Shown here piece after piece: positions 51,895 through 64,000 of a DNA stretch of 64,000 bases. Origin of the DNA: Lama guanicoe. Its lineage: Eukaryota. The stretch spans positions 9,323,957 to 9,387,956 of the forward strand of contig MU053881.1 of assembly GCA_013239625.1 (NCBI GenBank). Direction: 5' to 3'. Made by a program: the position numbers and the translations under genes. The notes below the pieces were generated by a model. It was not told where the DNA came from, searched no databases, and saw nothing but the letters and a program-made list of their open reading frames with translations. The stretch's first letter is position 1. Every line of letters starts with the position of its first letter.

Positions 51895-54800
51895 TCCTTT
51901 TTTTTTCTTAAGTCACTTTTGAAAAATTTGGAACAATCAGTTTTTCTAGGAATATGTCTGTTTCTCCTGTGTTCTCAAGCGGATTAATGCAGTTATCCAA
52001 GTATTTTTAAGGCCCTCTAAATTTCTGCTAGGTTTGTAGAATATCGCCCTTTTAAAAAAATTTGTGACATTATTTGTGCCTTCTTTCTTTTAACTGGATT
52101 GTTCTCTGCAATGATTGAATAATTGTTTTTGTCTTTCAAAAAATAATTTTTGCTTTTCTGTTTCTTTTATCTATACAAGTTTTCTAGCTTATTAATCTCT
52201 ACCTTTGTGTATACAAGTTATCTCTTTCTCTTCCCTTCTTTGAGTACATTCAGTTAACCTTTTCCATATCTTTAAAATTAGATTCTTTATGTCATTAGTG
52301 TTCGGCCATTCTTCCTTTTTACTGTAAGCATTTCAGACTGTATATTTCTCACTAAGGACCACTTTCACTGCATCTTACAAGCTCTGACTCTCAGCATTTT
52401 CACTGTTGTTTAGATCTAAATGTTTTCATATTTCTGCTGAATCTATGAAATCTCCAAATGCACTGGGACATTTCGTATACATTTCTGTTGTCGATTTCTA
52501 AATTAATTTTATTTGGCCAGAGAGCATCATTTTTATATTACTAAATTTTTAAACAACTTTGAAATCTGCACTATAACCTGCTAACTTTTTATAAGTATCC
52601 CATGTGTGTCTGAGAACAGCACATGTTCCCTAATTATTAAGTGCAAGATTCTATATATGCCACTTAAACCAAATTGTTCATCATGTGTTCAATTCTTCTA
52701 GATGGAACCAGTTTGCCATTTGCTTGTCTTATCAAGAATTGAACATATAAGATGAAATTTCCTACTCTGATGGAAGTTTCTCCCCACACGTTTCTCAATT
52801 TGCTTTATGTCTATTTAAGGCTACATTATAGGTACATATAGACTTAGAATTATTACAGTTTTCTGATGGGTTGCACATTTTATCACTAATGTGCAGTAAC
52901 TATCTCTAATAAATACTTTTGAGATAATATCTAGTTTTTAATACTAATTATATTTTATGAAGAATTTGTCCATTTCTTCTAAATTGTCAGAACCCTTGAA
53001 TGTGTATAGGATATGTATAAAAATATTCCTTCTTTTATTCCTGATTTGCAGTATTTGTGTCTTTTCTCTCTTTTTCTTGGTCATTCTAGCTGTGGGTTTA
53101 TAAATTTTTATCAGTTTTTCTAGAGACCTGCTTTTTGGCTCTGATATTTTCATTTATTATTAATTTTCCATCTCTTTAATTTTTGCTCTTAATTATTTAT
53201 TTCTACTTTCTTGGGTTTAACTTGCTTATTCTTTTCTAGGCTTTGAGGTAGAAATGCAGATCACTGATTTAAAAACAATCTTCTTTATTTCTCAAATCCA
53301 CAAACCTATCAGCTTTCCCTCTTTACCTACAATGCACAAATCTGGACATGTTGTATATTCATTATCATTCAATTTCAAATACTTTCTAATTTCTCTTGTA
53401 CTTCTTTGATGCATGGGTTCCTGAGAAGTGTGTAATTTTATTTCCACATGTTTGGGACTTGTCCAGATTTTTTTTTATTGTTAATCATATTTCACTTAAG
53501 CACCACAGAGACGGAGAACACATTCTCTAGGATTCCCTCTTGAAATTACCTTAGACTTACTGTGTAGCCAGAATATAGTACATGCTGCTGAATGTTCCAC
53601 TGAAAACTAGAATGTATCCTGAAGTCATACGTGCTGTTCTGCAAATGTCTGTTACGTCACGATGATTAACACTGCTGTTCTCTACACCCTCACTGGCATT
53701 TTTGTCTACTTGTTCTATCAGTTAGTGAGGAAAGGGTTACATCTGTAACTAATTACGTGTTTTTTTTTTCTTTCTTCCTTTACTTCTGTCAATTTTTCTC
53801 CTCCCCACCCCCAGCTTTCTCTTCCCTTTCTTCCTTCTTTGCCCCCTTTCTTTGGCCTATTTTTGAAACCATGTCATTAGACACACACAATTTTGTATCA
53901 TCAAGGGGAACTGACTCTTTTGTCAACTTCAAATATCCATCTTTTCTCTCTGGTAATATTCCTGGTCTCAAATCCTATTTTGCCTGATACAAAAGGTTCA
54001 ACTTTCTTCAAGTTTACTGTAAACTGTAAACGTATGTCTATTTTCATTCCTTTACGTTCAACTGTTCTGGGTCTTTGTACGTAAAATATGTCTCTTGTAG
54101 ACAGCATATATTTGGGACTTGCTACTGAAATAATCTGACAGTCTGTTCCTTGTAACTGGTGTGACAGCCCATTTATATTAGTGGAATTACTGATATGGCT
54201 GGATGTAAGTTCACCACTTTGTTGTCTTTTCCTGTCTGTCCCTTTCCTCCTATTTTCCTTTTCTACCTTCACTCAGGTTAACAATTTTTAAAATTCCATT
54301 TTAATTTTTCTCTTGGCTTGTTAGCTCCCTCTTCACATAATTTTTTCGTGGTTGCTCTGGGGATTACAATATGTTACGTTAACATCAGTCTACTGAGTGT
54401 TCTAATCTACCTGATCCATGCTGTTCCTCCAATTTCTGTGTATTCATGATTTCTTTATTCTAAAAAAAATTCTTGGCCACTGCCTCTTCAGTATTTACTC
54501 ACTTCCATACTTTTTATTACCTTCACTAATTAAACTAAGACTATCCTCTCCTAATGTCTGTTATATGTTTAATATCTTTTCTTTCTGTGCTGTCTCTTGT
54601 TAATTTCTCCTGGCCATTTTTTTTCTTTTCAGTTGACTAATTCCCTTTTGAATTGTGCCTGAGCTCAGATTTACTGTATCTACTAAGCTTTTTTATTTTA
54701 ACCATTATGGATTTCATTTATACAATTTATACAGCATTTTAAGTGTTGCTGTTCAGTTTTTCCATTATAGTCTTACTTGCTAATTTGCATATTCTACATC

Positions 54801-54900
54801 ACTGGAAGCATGTTATCTGGCAAATTCTAACGTTTTAGGACTTTAAAAATCAAAATTGGTTTTTTGTTGATTTGCTCACTCTTAATTATAAACACTTGTT
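51895..54900 (-). mobile_element. Old L1 internal fragments (ORF2 endonuclease and linker remnants)
   Basis: Minus-strand peptides KISEPKSRSLEKLIKIYKPTARMTKKKREKTQILQIRN (ORF2 [23 protein letters not shown]-like) and NINGLS...TRD (endonuclease N-terminus-like). Confidence 0.8.
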
Positions 54901-57374
54901 TTCTTACATATTTAATTCGATTTAATTTTAGCTGGCATTGGTTTAATTTTTAAAAATCACAAGGGCCTAAACTGAGGATTCTTGCCTCCTGAAAAATGTG
55001 TTTTTCTTTCCAGGCCATGGGGTACTATTAACTGCATGTCTCTTTTCAAGTTTCCAGCGTAATGTAAGAATCTCAACTTCATGGCCTCTGTCCTGCACCA
55101 AGTCCAAGGTCCAAGGTCCAATCTCCCAACCGCAGCTCGAGAGCAACCATTGCTCTCACTGAAGACCTACTGTGAGCTTGCAATTATCTTCAGATTTCTG
55201 ACGTCAACTACTTTTTAATTCTTGTTTTGTTTTGTTTTAGCTGCTTGAGATTTCTCTTACTCTGAGGACTATCTTGTTGTTTTGATCAAACGCTAGTTAA
55301 TATTTCTATCAATTTTCTCACCTGTAAAATGGAGGATATTAGAGCAGTGCTTGCCTCTTGTGGTCACTATGTCGATGGGCAAATATATATATGTATATAT
55401 TTTTATAACATTGTGGAACAGAGTAAGAAATCAATAAACATTAGGTATTATTATGACTGTTACTATTATGTTACCAGTAAGTGTAAACCTACAAAACAAT
55501 GGGTGTGATTCCATTTTCGAAATTTTTTCTACCACTATACAAGTGAAACACTTTTTTCCAGCAAAGCTATGTATATTTAGATATATTGAATGTTTATTCC
55601 ATTGTATAACAGAATATGCTGCTTTCTCAAAGCAAAGCAAAATACAAAGAATATTTGATATGTCAGAAGGGAAAGCTAGCAATATGAACTGAAATTTTGA
55701 CGAAGGCATACGACATTTGCATTCTCAGCACTCCTGGAGGTCCCTGTCTCCATCACGCCCTTGATGTTTTGAAAACATTTTGACTTTCCCATCACTGAAG
55801 AATTATTCTAGATTCAAGAGTTAATTAACTCATCTGCAGTCTGACATCTAGTGAGATGGATAGATCACAGTCTATCAGCAGGTGAATACATGTATAGCGG
55901 ATATTTTGCTTCAGTGACTAATCAGAGTCTACATTGTAACCACAAATATTTGGTGACGGGGGGGGGATGTTAATGATACATTCTTGTCTGTAAATCAGTT
56001 CCCTTAAATCTTACCTACTTTGTCACCAATTACCGTTAGGATTTAGATACTTGTCTAAAACGATGTGACGCATCCAGCCACCGGAGTTTCTGTGTGCCTG
56101 TTAGCATCAGTTAAATGGGGAGGGGATAATTGAAACTGAGTCAAGAGTTTTCCTTTCCTTCCTTTCCTACCTTGCTTCCTGCGTTCCAAACACATGTCGT
56201 AGGTTACAAATACATGTAAAGCTTTAATTACGTTTAGCATCCGGCAGCTGTTGACTTACAGAGAGTTGTTGAGTCACATGAATTCAAAGTCAAAATGAAA
56301 TTCAGGAATAGAAGGCAGAAGCTTGCCCAAAGGGGTAAAAAAAAATCTTATGTCATCATCACAGCTGAAATACTCCATCATCAGCACCATTCTGTTCATG
56401 GTGTGAGCGATGCTGTAAGTTACCAGTTTCAACAACACCAGAGACTATCACCGCTAAAATACATATTCCCAAAGCAGTTAGCGCCATCAACCAAAGGGTC
56501 TTACAAGTATTACTTTCAACAAGTGATGGGTGCGTTCACCTCAGTGGAGACCACGGCTTCACAGAGATTTCAGTATCTGGACGCATGACTTTTTAAAAGC
56601 AAGATCGTCACACTATCCATTCGAAACTGTCACCACAGCGAGATGTGTTAAGTCATTTAATTCAGACCCTGCATACTTTTAGAAGAAGTGAGTCTCCTAA
56701 GAAACTGCACAGAAGAGCTACAAGCCTTCAACCCTGGCCACCATTTGCAACATAATACAATTTTATGAGGAGAGGACGGTCAGAAATAATAGTCCTGGTC
56801 TCAACAGAAAGAGAGCTCAAAATCCAAATGTTCAGTTACAAAAGCACAATTAGAAAAATATAATGAGTGCTATGTGTGGTTTACCGATACATATACACTA
56901 ACGGGATAAATTTGAACTGGAAAAAATATGCACCACATCCTTAATAGCCATCATTTCTGGAGATGCAGAGAGAAGAAAGCAATGGCGTTGGGGTCATGGG
57001 GATGATAACGTTTCAAATTTGACAAAATAGTAACACTTGTTAATTAGAAATTATGAGTACTGTGTACTTTACTCTTTGTACTTTTCTGTGAATCAAAGGG
57101 TTTTTTCCCTTAAAATTAAAATAATTTAAAAAATAGACACCTTGGACCAGTCTACCTCCACTCCCTAATTTAGAATATTCACAGTATCACACTTCTTTCT
57201 ATTGTCAAGTCATTCAAAATGCTCATGTTTTGATTTTCAAAACATGCTTCAGAACATATTTTTGATTTTGAAATTTCAAAAAATTTCATTTTCCTTCTGA
57301 GTTAAAAGAAATGCCTCCAGTGGCATGCTGTTTTAAGTTCCAGTCAATAAGAAACATACTTATGAAGCAAAAGT

Positions 57375-58540
57375 AAGTGCAACCAATGAATAAATAAACT
57401 ATGTTACATTCAGACAATGGATTATAATTCAGCATTAAAAAGAAATGACCTATAAAGCCAGGAAAAGACAGAGAGGAACCTTAAATGCACATTACTAAGT
57501 GAAAGAAGCCAACCTGAAAAGGATATGCACTGTATGGTTCCAACTATGTGATATTCTGGAAAAGGTAAAACCATGGAGACAGTAAAAAGGCCAGTGGTTG
57601 CCAGGGGCTGGGCAGAGGGAGATGAGTAGGCTGAGCACGGAGGCTTTTGGGGCAGTGAAAATACTCTGTATGACTCTACAATGACAGAGACAAATCCACA
57701 GGCACACAGCATCAAGAGTGAACCATGAGCCTATTGGCCATTTGTGTGTCTTCATTGGAGAATTGCTAGTTTAGGTCTTCTGCCCATTTTTGGATTGGGT
57801 TGTTTGTTTTTTTTGCTATTTAGTAGTATGAGTTGTTTATATATTCTGGAAATTAAACCTTTGTCAGTAGCATCATTTGCAAATGTTTTCTCCCATTCTG
57901 TAGGTTGTTGTTTTATTTTACTTACGGTTTCCTTTGCTGTGTGAAAGCTTATATATTTAATTAGGTCCTATTTGTTTATTTTCGCTCTTATTTCTATTGT
58001 CTGGGTAGACTGCCCTAGGAGAACACTGCTAAGATTTATGTCAGAGAATGTTTTGCCTATGTTTTCTTCTAGGAGTTTATTGTGTCTTAAATTTAAGTCT
58101 TTAAGCCATTTTGAGTTTACTTTTGCGTAAGGTGTCAGGGAGTGTTCTAACTTCATTGATTTACATGCTGCTGTCCAGTTTTCCCAACTGTATTTACTAT
58201 CTTATAATACCTTTAATGAAAAAGAATATGAAAATGGATATATGCATGACTGGGACGTTGTGCTGTATACCAGAAATTGACACATTGTAACTGACTATAC
58301 TTCAATTAAAAAAAAAAAGAGTGAACCATAATGTAAACAATAGACCTTAGGTAATTACGATGTACCAATGTAGATTCATCAGTTGTAACAAATGTGTGTC
58401 ATTCTGATGGGGATGTTGATAATGTGGGAGAATATGCATGTGTGGGGAAGTGGGGGGGGGCATATGGGAAATACCTGTACTTTCAATTTTGCTGTGAACC
58501 TTAAAGTGCCTTAAAAATTATCCTTAATTTAAAAATAAAA
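57375..58540 (+). mobile_element. L1MC1-like 3' end, split by a younger L1 insertion
   Basis: cttaaatgcacattactaagtgaaagaagccaacctgaaaagg...caagagtgaaccat, resuming aatgtaaac...tgtagattcatcagttgtaacaaatg after the insert. Confidence 0.8.
57727..58316 (+). mobile_element. Young L1 insertion with 5' inversion and exact 13-bp TSD
   Basis: TSD aagagtgaaccat at 57714-57726 and 58317-58329. 57727 to about 58188 is ORF2 on the minus strand (LEHSLTPYAKVNSKWLKDLN...LLEENIGKTFSDIN); about 58190-58316 is the sense 3' tail with polyA. Confidence 0.93.
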
Positions 58541-59044
58541 AGTAAACACAACCAAATCATTACATGACAGACATACTGCCGGGACAGCCTTGTCCTTTTC
58601 TCCCTAGAAGAACAACTCTGTATTCCCTGTGGTTAATGGTACTTCACAAGCAAGCAACTGGAGTTTGAATCTCTGCTCCACCACTTCCGGTTTGATCACA
58701 GGTAAGTTAATCAACCCTAGAATTACAGTCTCGCTTACAAAACAGGTTTGATCATAGGTACGCTCATAAAACACTTAGCAATGTAGCTGGAGCAGAGGAA
58801 GTACTGAAGAAAATGTTTTTAAAAATGCTATAAAGTAGTAGAAACAGCAGCAGAGATTTTTTTCAGGTCCTCACTCTTGGAATCTACATTTGTTCATCAC
58901 AGATACTGCTACCTCATCAGCCCACACCACAGTGCACGGTGGGCAGTATCAAGGCAGAAGGACAGCTGCTCCCATGCTGAGTACATGGGAGAGACATACA
59001 CCTAAGAGAATGGGACTGCGGGCAAGCAGAACAAAGGTGAAGAG

Positions 59045-60830
59045 TCCATTCATTCATTCATTTCCCCATTCATTCATTCATTCATTTGATCAATATTTAT
59101 CAAGTGCTTACTAAGTGCTCAGTCTTATTCTCAGGGTTTGGGATATATCCACAAACAGAAGAGATAAAGACCTCTGTTCTCCTAGAGCTTGTATTTTGGC
59201 TGGGGGAGACAGACAAGAAAATGCCAACATAATGACTAAGTTCTAGGATCTTCAAAGGTGATAAGTGCTATGAAAAGAAAAAAAGACCGTCGTGAAAGCC
59301 ATGTGTGAGTATTTTGGATAATTTGATGTGAGAAGGTCTCATTGGGAAGATGGCATTTAAACAAGGGCTGCAAAGAGTTGAGTCAGCCTTTCTGGTACCT
59401 GGGGCCAGGAGCAACTCTCAGTGCAAAGCTCCCAGGCAGGAGCACACCCGGCATGTTCTAGAACAGCAAGGAGGACTGCATGGCTGGGATGAAGTGAACA
59501 AAGGTCACTTGAGAGGTCAGAGAAGGGGTCAGAGGGTTAATGAGGGCTGGACCTGAAGGGCTCAGGGGGGTGATTTTAAGGAGACTGGTTTTCAGAGTGA
59601 AATTGAAAGTTACTGCATTGTGTCTGGGGAGAGGAGCCACATCCCCTAATTTACATTTTTTTTTAAAGATTGCATAACTGTGTTAGAAGATGAGGCAGCG
59701 TCCAGGATCGCTCAGAATGCAGGTGTAACAGATGATCGCAGCCCATCCCGGACAGGAGCAGTGGAGCAGTGGGCAGAGTGGGATTTCCTGATGACTTGCA
59801 CGGAGGCGTGGTCGAAAGAAAGAAATCGGAAGTGACATCAGTGCTTTCAAACTCAAAAGTAGGAGGGGGAAGGCTGCAAGAAGAATGAGGGTGTGTGTGT
59901 GTGTATGTGTGTGCACGTGCACACAGATGATCGGGATTTCAGTCTTAGATATCTGAGTTTTAAAATGTGTGTAAGACAGACAAATGGAGATACTGAGTAG
60001 GTCAATGGATACAGAAGCAACAGGTCTGATAGAAGCCACGGAGATTTGGGAGTCACTGGCGTATAGATGCTATTTCATGTCCTGGAGCTGAACAAGGTCA
60101 CCAGTGTGGAATAACTGTAGACAGAAAAAAGAACATCAGTGACTGAGTGCTGAGTTGCTTTTATATTCAGATGTTTGGGCAATGAGGAAGAATCAGCAAA
60201 GGAGTGTGAAAAAGAGCCATCCTTGCAGGAGCAGAGATGCCCCCAGCTTGGGCTGGAGGAGAACTTAACTGAAAAAATAGTGCATCAAAGAAGAGGGAGT
60301 GACCAACTGCTGCAAATGTTGCTGGCGGGTCATGAAGGTGAGACTGGGGAACTGACCATCACCATGTGGCCACGTGGCCATCGCTGGCGATCTTGGCAAG
60401 AGCGGTTACGTGGAGGGGTATGTGTCAGAATGACTGGACGGTGTTGATAAGAATCTAGAGGGGAGAGGCATTGATGGTAGCAAGCTAGACACCTCTTCTG
60501 AGATGTACGGTAGGAAGGGGTAGAGAATATGACAGCAGCTGGAGGGAGAAGTCATGAATGGAAATCGGGGAAAGCCACAGCGTGTTTGTGCGCTGGTAGG
60601 AATGAAAAGGTGGTTCACTTAGAGACAGGTGGGAGAATTCCTGGAGTGACATTCTTGAGTAGATCAGTGGGACCCTGATCTAGCACACAATTGGGGTTCC
60701 ACCTGGGAGAAGAGTAGAGATTGTTCATTTAGAGTCATCGGTGGGAAGGCGGAGCTTGCAGTCACTGACCCTGGGAATGGGTAGATGGCAGGTGTGGATT
60801 TGGGGTTTCACCTCTGACTGAGGTTGGGAA
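59045..60830 (-). mobile_element. L2 LINE, long 3' fragment
   Basis: (CATT)n tail at 59047-59085, caatatttatcaagtgcttac...; later gagatttgggagtcactggcgtatagatg and gggaactgaccat. Confidence 0.8.
59891..59913. repeat. Imperfect (GT)n microsatellite
   Basis: gtgtgtgtgtgtgtatgtgtgtg. Confidence 0.9.
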
Positions 60831-61418
60831 AGAGGTGCCATTGATTTAGCAGAGAGTAGAGGGGATGGGCTGAGATCGGGGAGAGGGAGACAATGCAGAG
60901 ACCAGACAGTTCAGGACAACTGCAGAGCAGAACTAAGGGAACACTTGAAATTTAACACACTTCAAAAACTGCTGGGAACAGATGTGTTACAGTGCACATG
61001 CAACACTGAACCATCACTCACTGGGGCTGCTTGATTCACAGGGAAAAATTAAATTATGGTGATTATATCCAGTTTTTAAAAAGAAGACCACAATAAATGC
61101 AATGTACAAACCCCGTCCTTAAAAGGAATGGCACTTATGTTAGGGCAAAAACAGAGCAATTACAAGGATGTGTTACACGTGGACCAAATTATTCCTTAAG
61201 TGAACATTGTTAACTGCGATTCTGAATCCACAGAAATTAATTAGCAGTATGTCACAAATTTCTACTTTTCATCAGATGGAGGTACCATCTTTAAGACAAG
61301 AGGTCTTTATCAGAAAACATTGAAATTCATACGTGTCCATCCTTGAGGGAATGCAGCAAAAAGACATGTTAGGTCAGGACCAATAAACAGACCCAGTAGA
61401 GGCTATAGACAGAGTCAC

Positions 61419-61649
61419 CAGGGCCCAGACTGCTCTGCAGGGTCTCCAAAAATGGTTTAATGTCTTTTAAAATTAGGGGGAAAAATAAAAGTAAACTTCC
61501 AGCTTGTGGAAAATTTTTAAATCTCTAACAGTAATATATCCATCTTTATATTGATGCAGTTATAAAATACAATTCTAAATATTTTTTTAGGAAGGAAAGT
61601 CTCCCCAAAGCAAGTGTCAAGGGTCCACAGAGGTCATCGTACAGCCCTG
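61419..61649. mobile_element. Possible old hAT-type non-autonomous DNA transposon
   Basis: Ends cagggc and gccctg around an AT-rich core; no TSD recognisable. Confidence 0.35.
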
Positions 61650-64000
61650 CTTACTCCACGACAGCCTTAGATGGAAGGAAGACCAAACTCACAACGAATC
61701 AAAACACCAACCTCCCCAAAGGATTCGAGAAAGAAATGTGGATTGTGTTCTAATAGCGTCATCACCCCGAAAGGCACAAAAACCAACCCCCTGCCCCCGC
61801 CCCCTGCATAAATCTCAAACGCTCTGGCTGCTGGCTCTTTGAGCAGCCCAGGCAGAGTGTCTGGTCTCCGTTCTCACGTGTTCTGGCAAAGGTGTGTGTA
61901 GTGTTAATATCATCGTGCCTCTCCTAATTAGCAGAACAACTGTTCAGTCATTACAAACCTCTTCCTTGGCCCTGCCTCATTTCCGTAACATCTTCTGGAA
62001 TCCCGTGACCTTACTTTTTCTCCCTTCTTTTTGGTAACCGGAGAGCACATTTATTGAAGACTTTCAACGCAAATGGAATCCTGCCTTAGGACTTGACATC
62101 GCTCATGGAAAGTAGCAAAAGTTACCTCCCCTGAGAAGCAGAGAAATGGCGGGCAGAAGGGGTGCATCCTGGGCTTCCCAGAAGTCACACAGCATGCCTG
62201 TCATGGAGCTGAGAAGGGAGAGAGGGTGATGCATCTCTCTCTGGCATTTCCCTGCCTTTCGTTTTCTTTTAAAATGGGGCGGGGGCGTCACTCCAGGTAG
62301 GCTGCTTCTTTCTTAAAAAGCCAACTCTTCCCAGCAAAACTGCCAATTCTCTGGAACGACGGGCAATGAAATCCAATGTGACACTTCATTGTTCTCTATC
62401 GAGACATTCCTCTTTGCTGAGGTTTTTTTCCAGGTGTTTTATGAAAAACATTTGCCCTCTCTGGCACTTTGTGAGCCTTCATCTGAGAAACAACGTTTCC
62501 CTTATGAAGACGGCTTTGGTTTCACAGGGGACGATGGTTTTGCTTGCTCCCTCATAGCCCGTGAGCGGACCACCAGGGAAATTGCTGCTTCCCTGGCATA
62601 AATCCAGGATGCCTATGTCCCAAGGGGTGAGGAGCCTCATTAATTCCTGTGCTCTCATTTCAGGCTGTTTAGGGATCAGAAGCAGATTCTCATTTCAAAC
62701 ACATCTCTTGCTTCAATTTCCCTTCTCTTTGAATTGGCTCCTGATCACTTTCTCTTGTGTGTTATGTGTTCACTCTCCATTCGGGTAAGGAAATCAAGAT
62801 TGTCCTTTCAGAATACCTCTCCGTCAACATGATCAAGAACACACCCACCAAGGCTCTGGCTTTCCTGCCTGTCTGGCAGGTTTTATGCTTCTTTGGATTT
62901 GTCTCCCCAAGATTCGCTTCTGTGATACGGCTCACACAGACCCAAGGGCACCCACCACTCGTGTTCAAACTGATTAGTTCAATTCAGTCCTACAAATAGA
63001 CAAAAAGGTGTGCTAAGAACGAACTAGAGATACAGAGATGAAGAAGCAGTGTCCCTGCTTTCAGGAATTTCACAGAGTAATAAGTAAGGTAAACATACCA
63101 ATATAGAACTATAATATCACATCATTTTCCTGGTAAATTTATTTTCTGCTCCACCTACATTGGTAGGGATGGGAAGGGAGATGCAGGGAGAGGCAACTAT
63201 ATTTCACGGTCCTCTAGAAAACAGAATTCTGGGTGGCAAATATATAATCATTGGTAAACTCCTTAATCCCCAAGCTCTCAGATTTTTATAAAATTAAAAG
63301 GATGGGAGCAGAAAGGTTGGCATCCTTCCTTCCTTCCTTCATTCAACAAACATGTATGGCTTGATGTTGACTATGTTGTATGTGTCCACACCAGGTTATG
63401 AACGCTTTAGATGTGAAATCTCAGATAATGCCCAGCACAAAACTAGGAGGAAGGCATGGGGCTCAAAATAGAGCAATCACATTCCTAAAGCCACATCAAG
63501 AGAAGGTTGGGTAGACTCTATTCACGCTTTTCTCTTTTTGGCTCCAAAGCCTCTATGCTCACCTGCCATGCTTTCTAGCTGTGTCTAAAGACTTTCACCT
63601 TTAAACTTCTGTGATTATGTAATATTTCCAGCAAGAGACGAGGCATCAGAGTAACTTTTTCTTTTCCAATTAGGCTACTGGAAGGTGGGGTGATGGGAGA
63701 GGGGAAAGGCTCTTTGAAGAATCAGTAGAGGAAGGGGAAAAGAGGAAAGTAACCCTCTTCTAAGAGAACGGCTTATGGGCTCCTAGACTTAATTCTCTCC
63801 CAGCTGTTCAAAACAAAGAAATTATTTGTAATTATAAAAGCAAACTTGACTTACTTTTTAAAATACCTTTTTTTGCTATTAACAAATGAGAAATGAGCAC
63901 AGAGGTACAGGACTCAACGTAAAGAAGTGGGGAATTGAGAATCTCTCAGCCAAGTAAGTAGCTGACATGCGGCGTTGACACTGATCTGTTGACTTTTTAG

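Larger units (their letters stand above)
43846..64000 (-). other. TENM2: TENM2 intron upstream of the exon (continues beyond the window)
   Basis: The first coding exon (MDVKDRR...) is not seen in the window; the sequence is repeat-rich and non-coding. Confidence 0.85.

Noticed and set aside
1..64000. CRISPR arrays, operons, tRNA/rRNA genes, an intact provirus or another novel multi-gene system
   Set aside because: No regularly spaced repeat-spacer array, no long ORFs, no gag/pol/env and no recognisable structural RNA gene; the window is explained as a mammalian intron with one exon.

Overview
Mammalian genomic DNA: AT-rich, CpG-depleted and dense in retroelements. The L1 3' tails look cetartiodactyl, and I found no Bov-tA/Bov-A2, CHR, PRE-1, Alu, B1 or Can-SINEs, so a camelid is my best guess (inference). 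The window lies inside TENM2 (teneurin-2) on the minus strand. It holds one 276-bp coding exon (43570-43845, the second coding exon, N-terminal intracellular domain) with canonical AG/GT sites; the rest is intron. The introns contain two ERV LTRs (one complete solo LTR), six lineage-specific L1 3' insertions (one with a 5' inversion and exact TSD), old L1M/L2/MIR/MER5A fragments and microsatellites. I see no evidence of a new multi-gene system. The most notable local structures are a perfect 44-bp palindrome beside a 33-bp tandem duplication, a perfect 16-bp-stem hairpin, a twin-primed L1, a GAS-like site in a MER41-like LTR, and an open frame running through both splice sites of the exon from a strong-Kozak ATG. 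Repeat family names are recognised by eye, and old-repeat boundaries are approximate.
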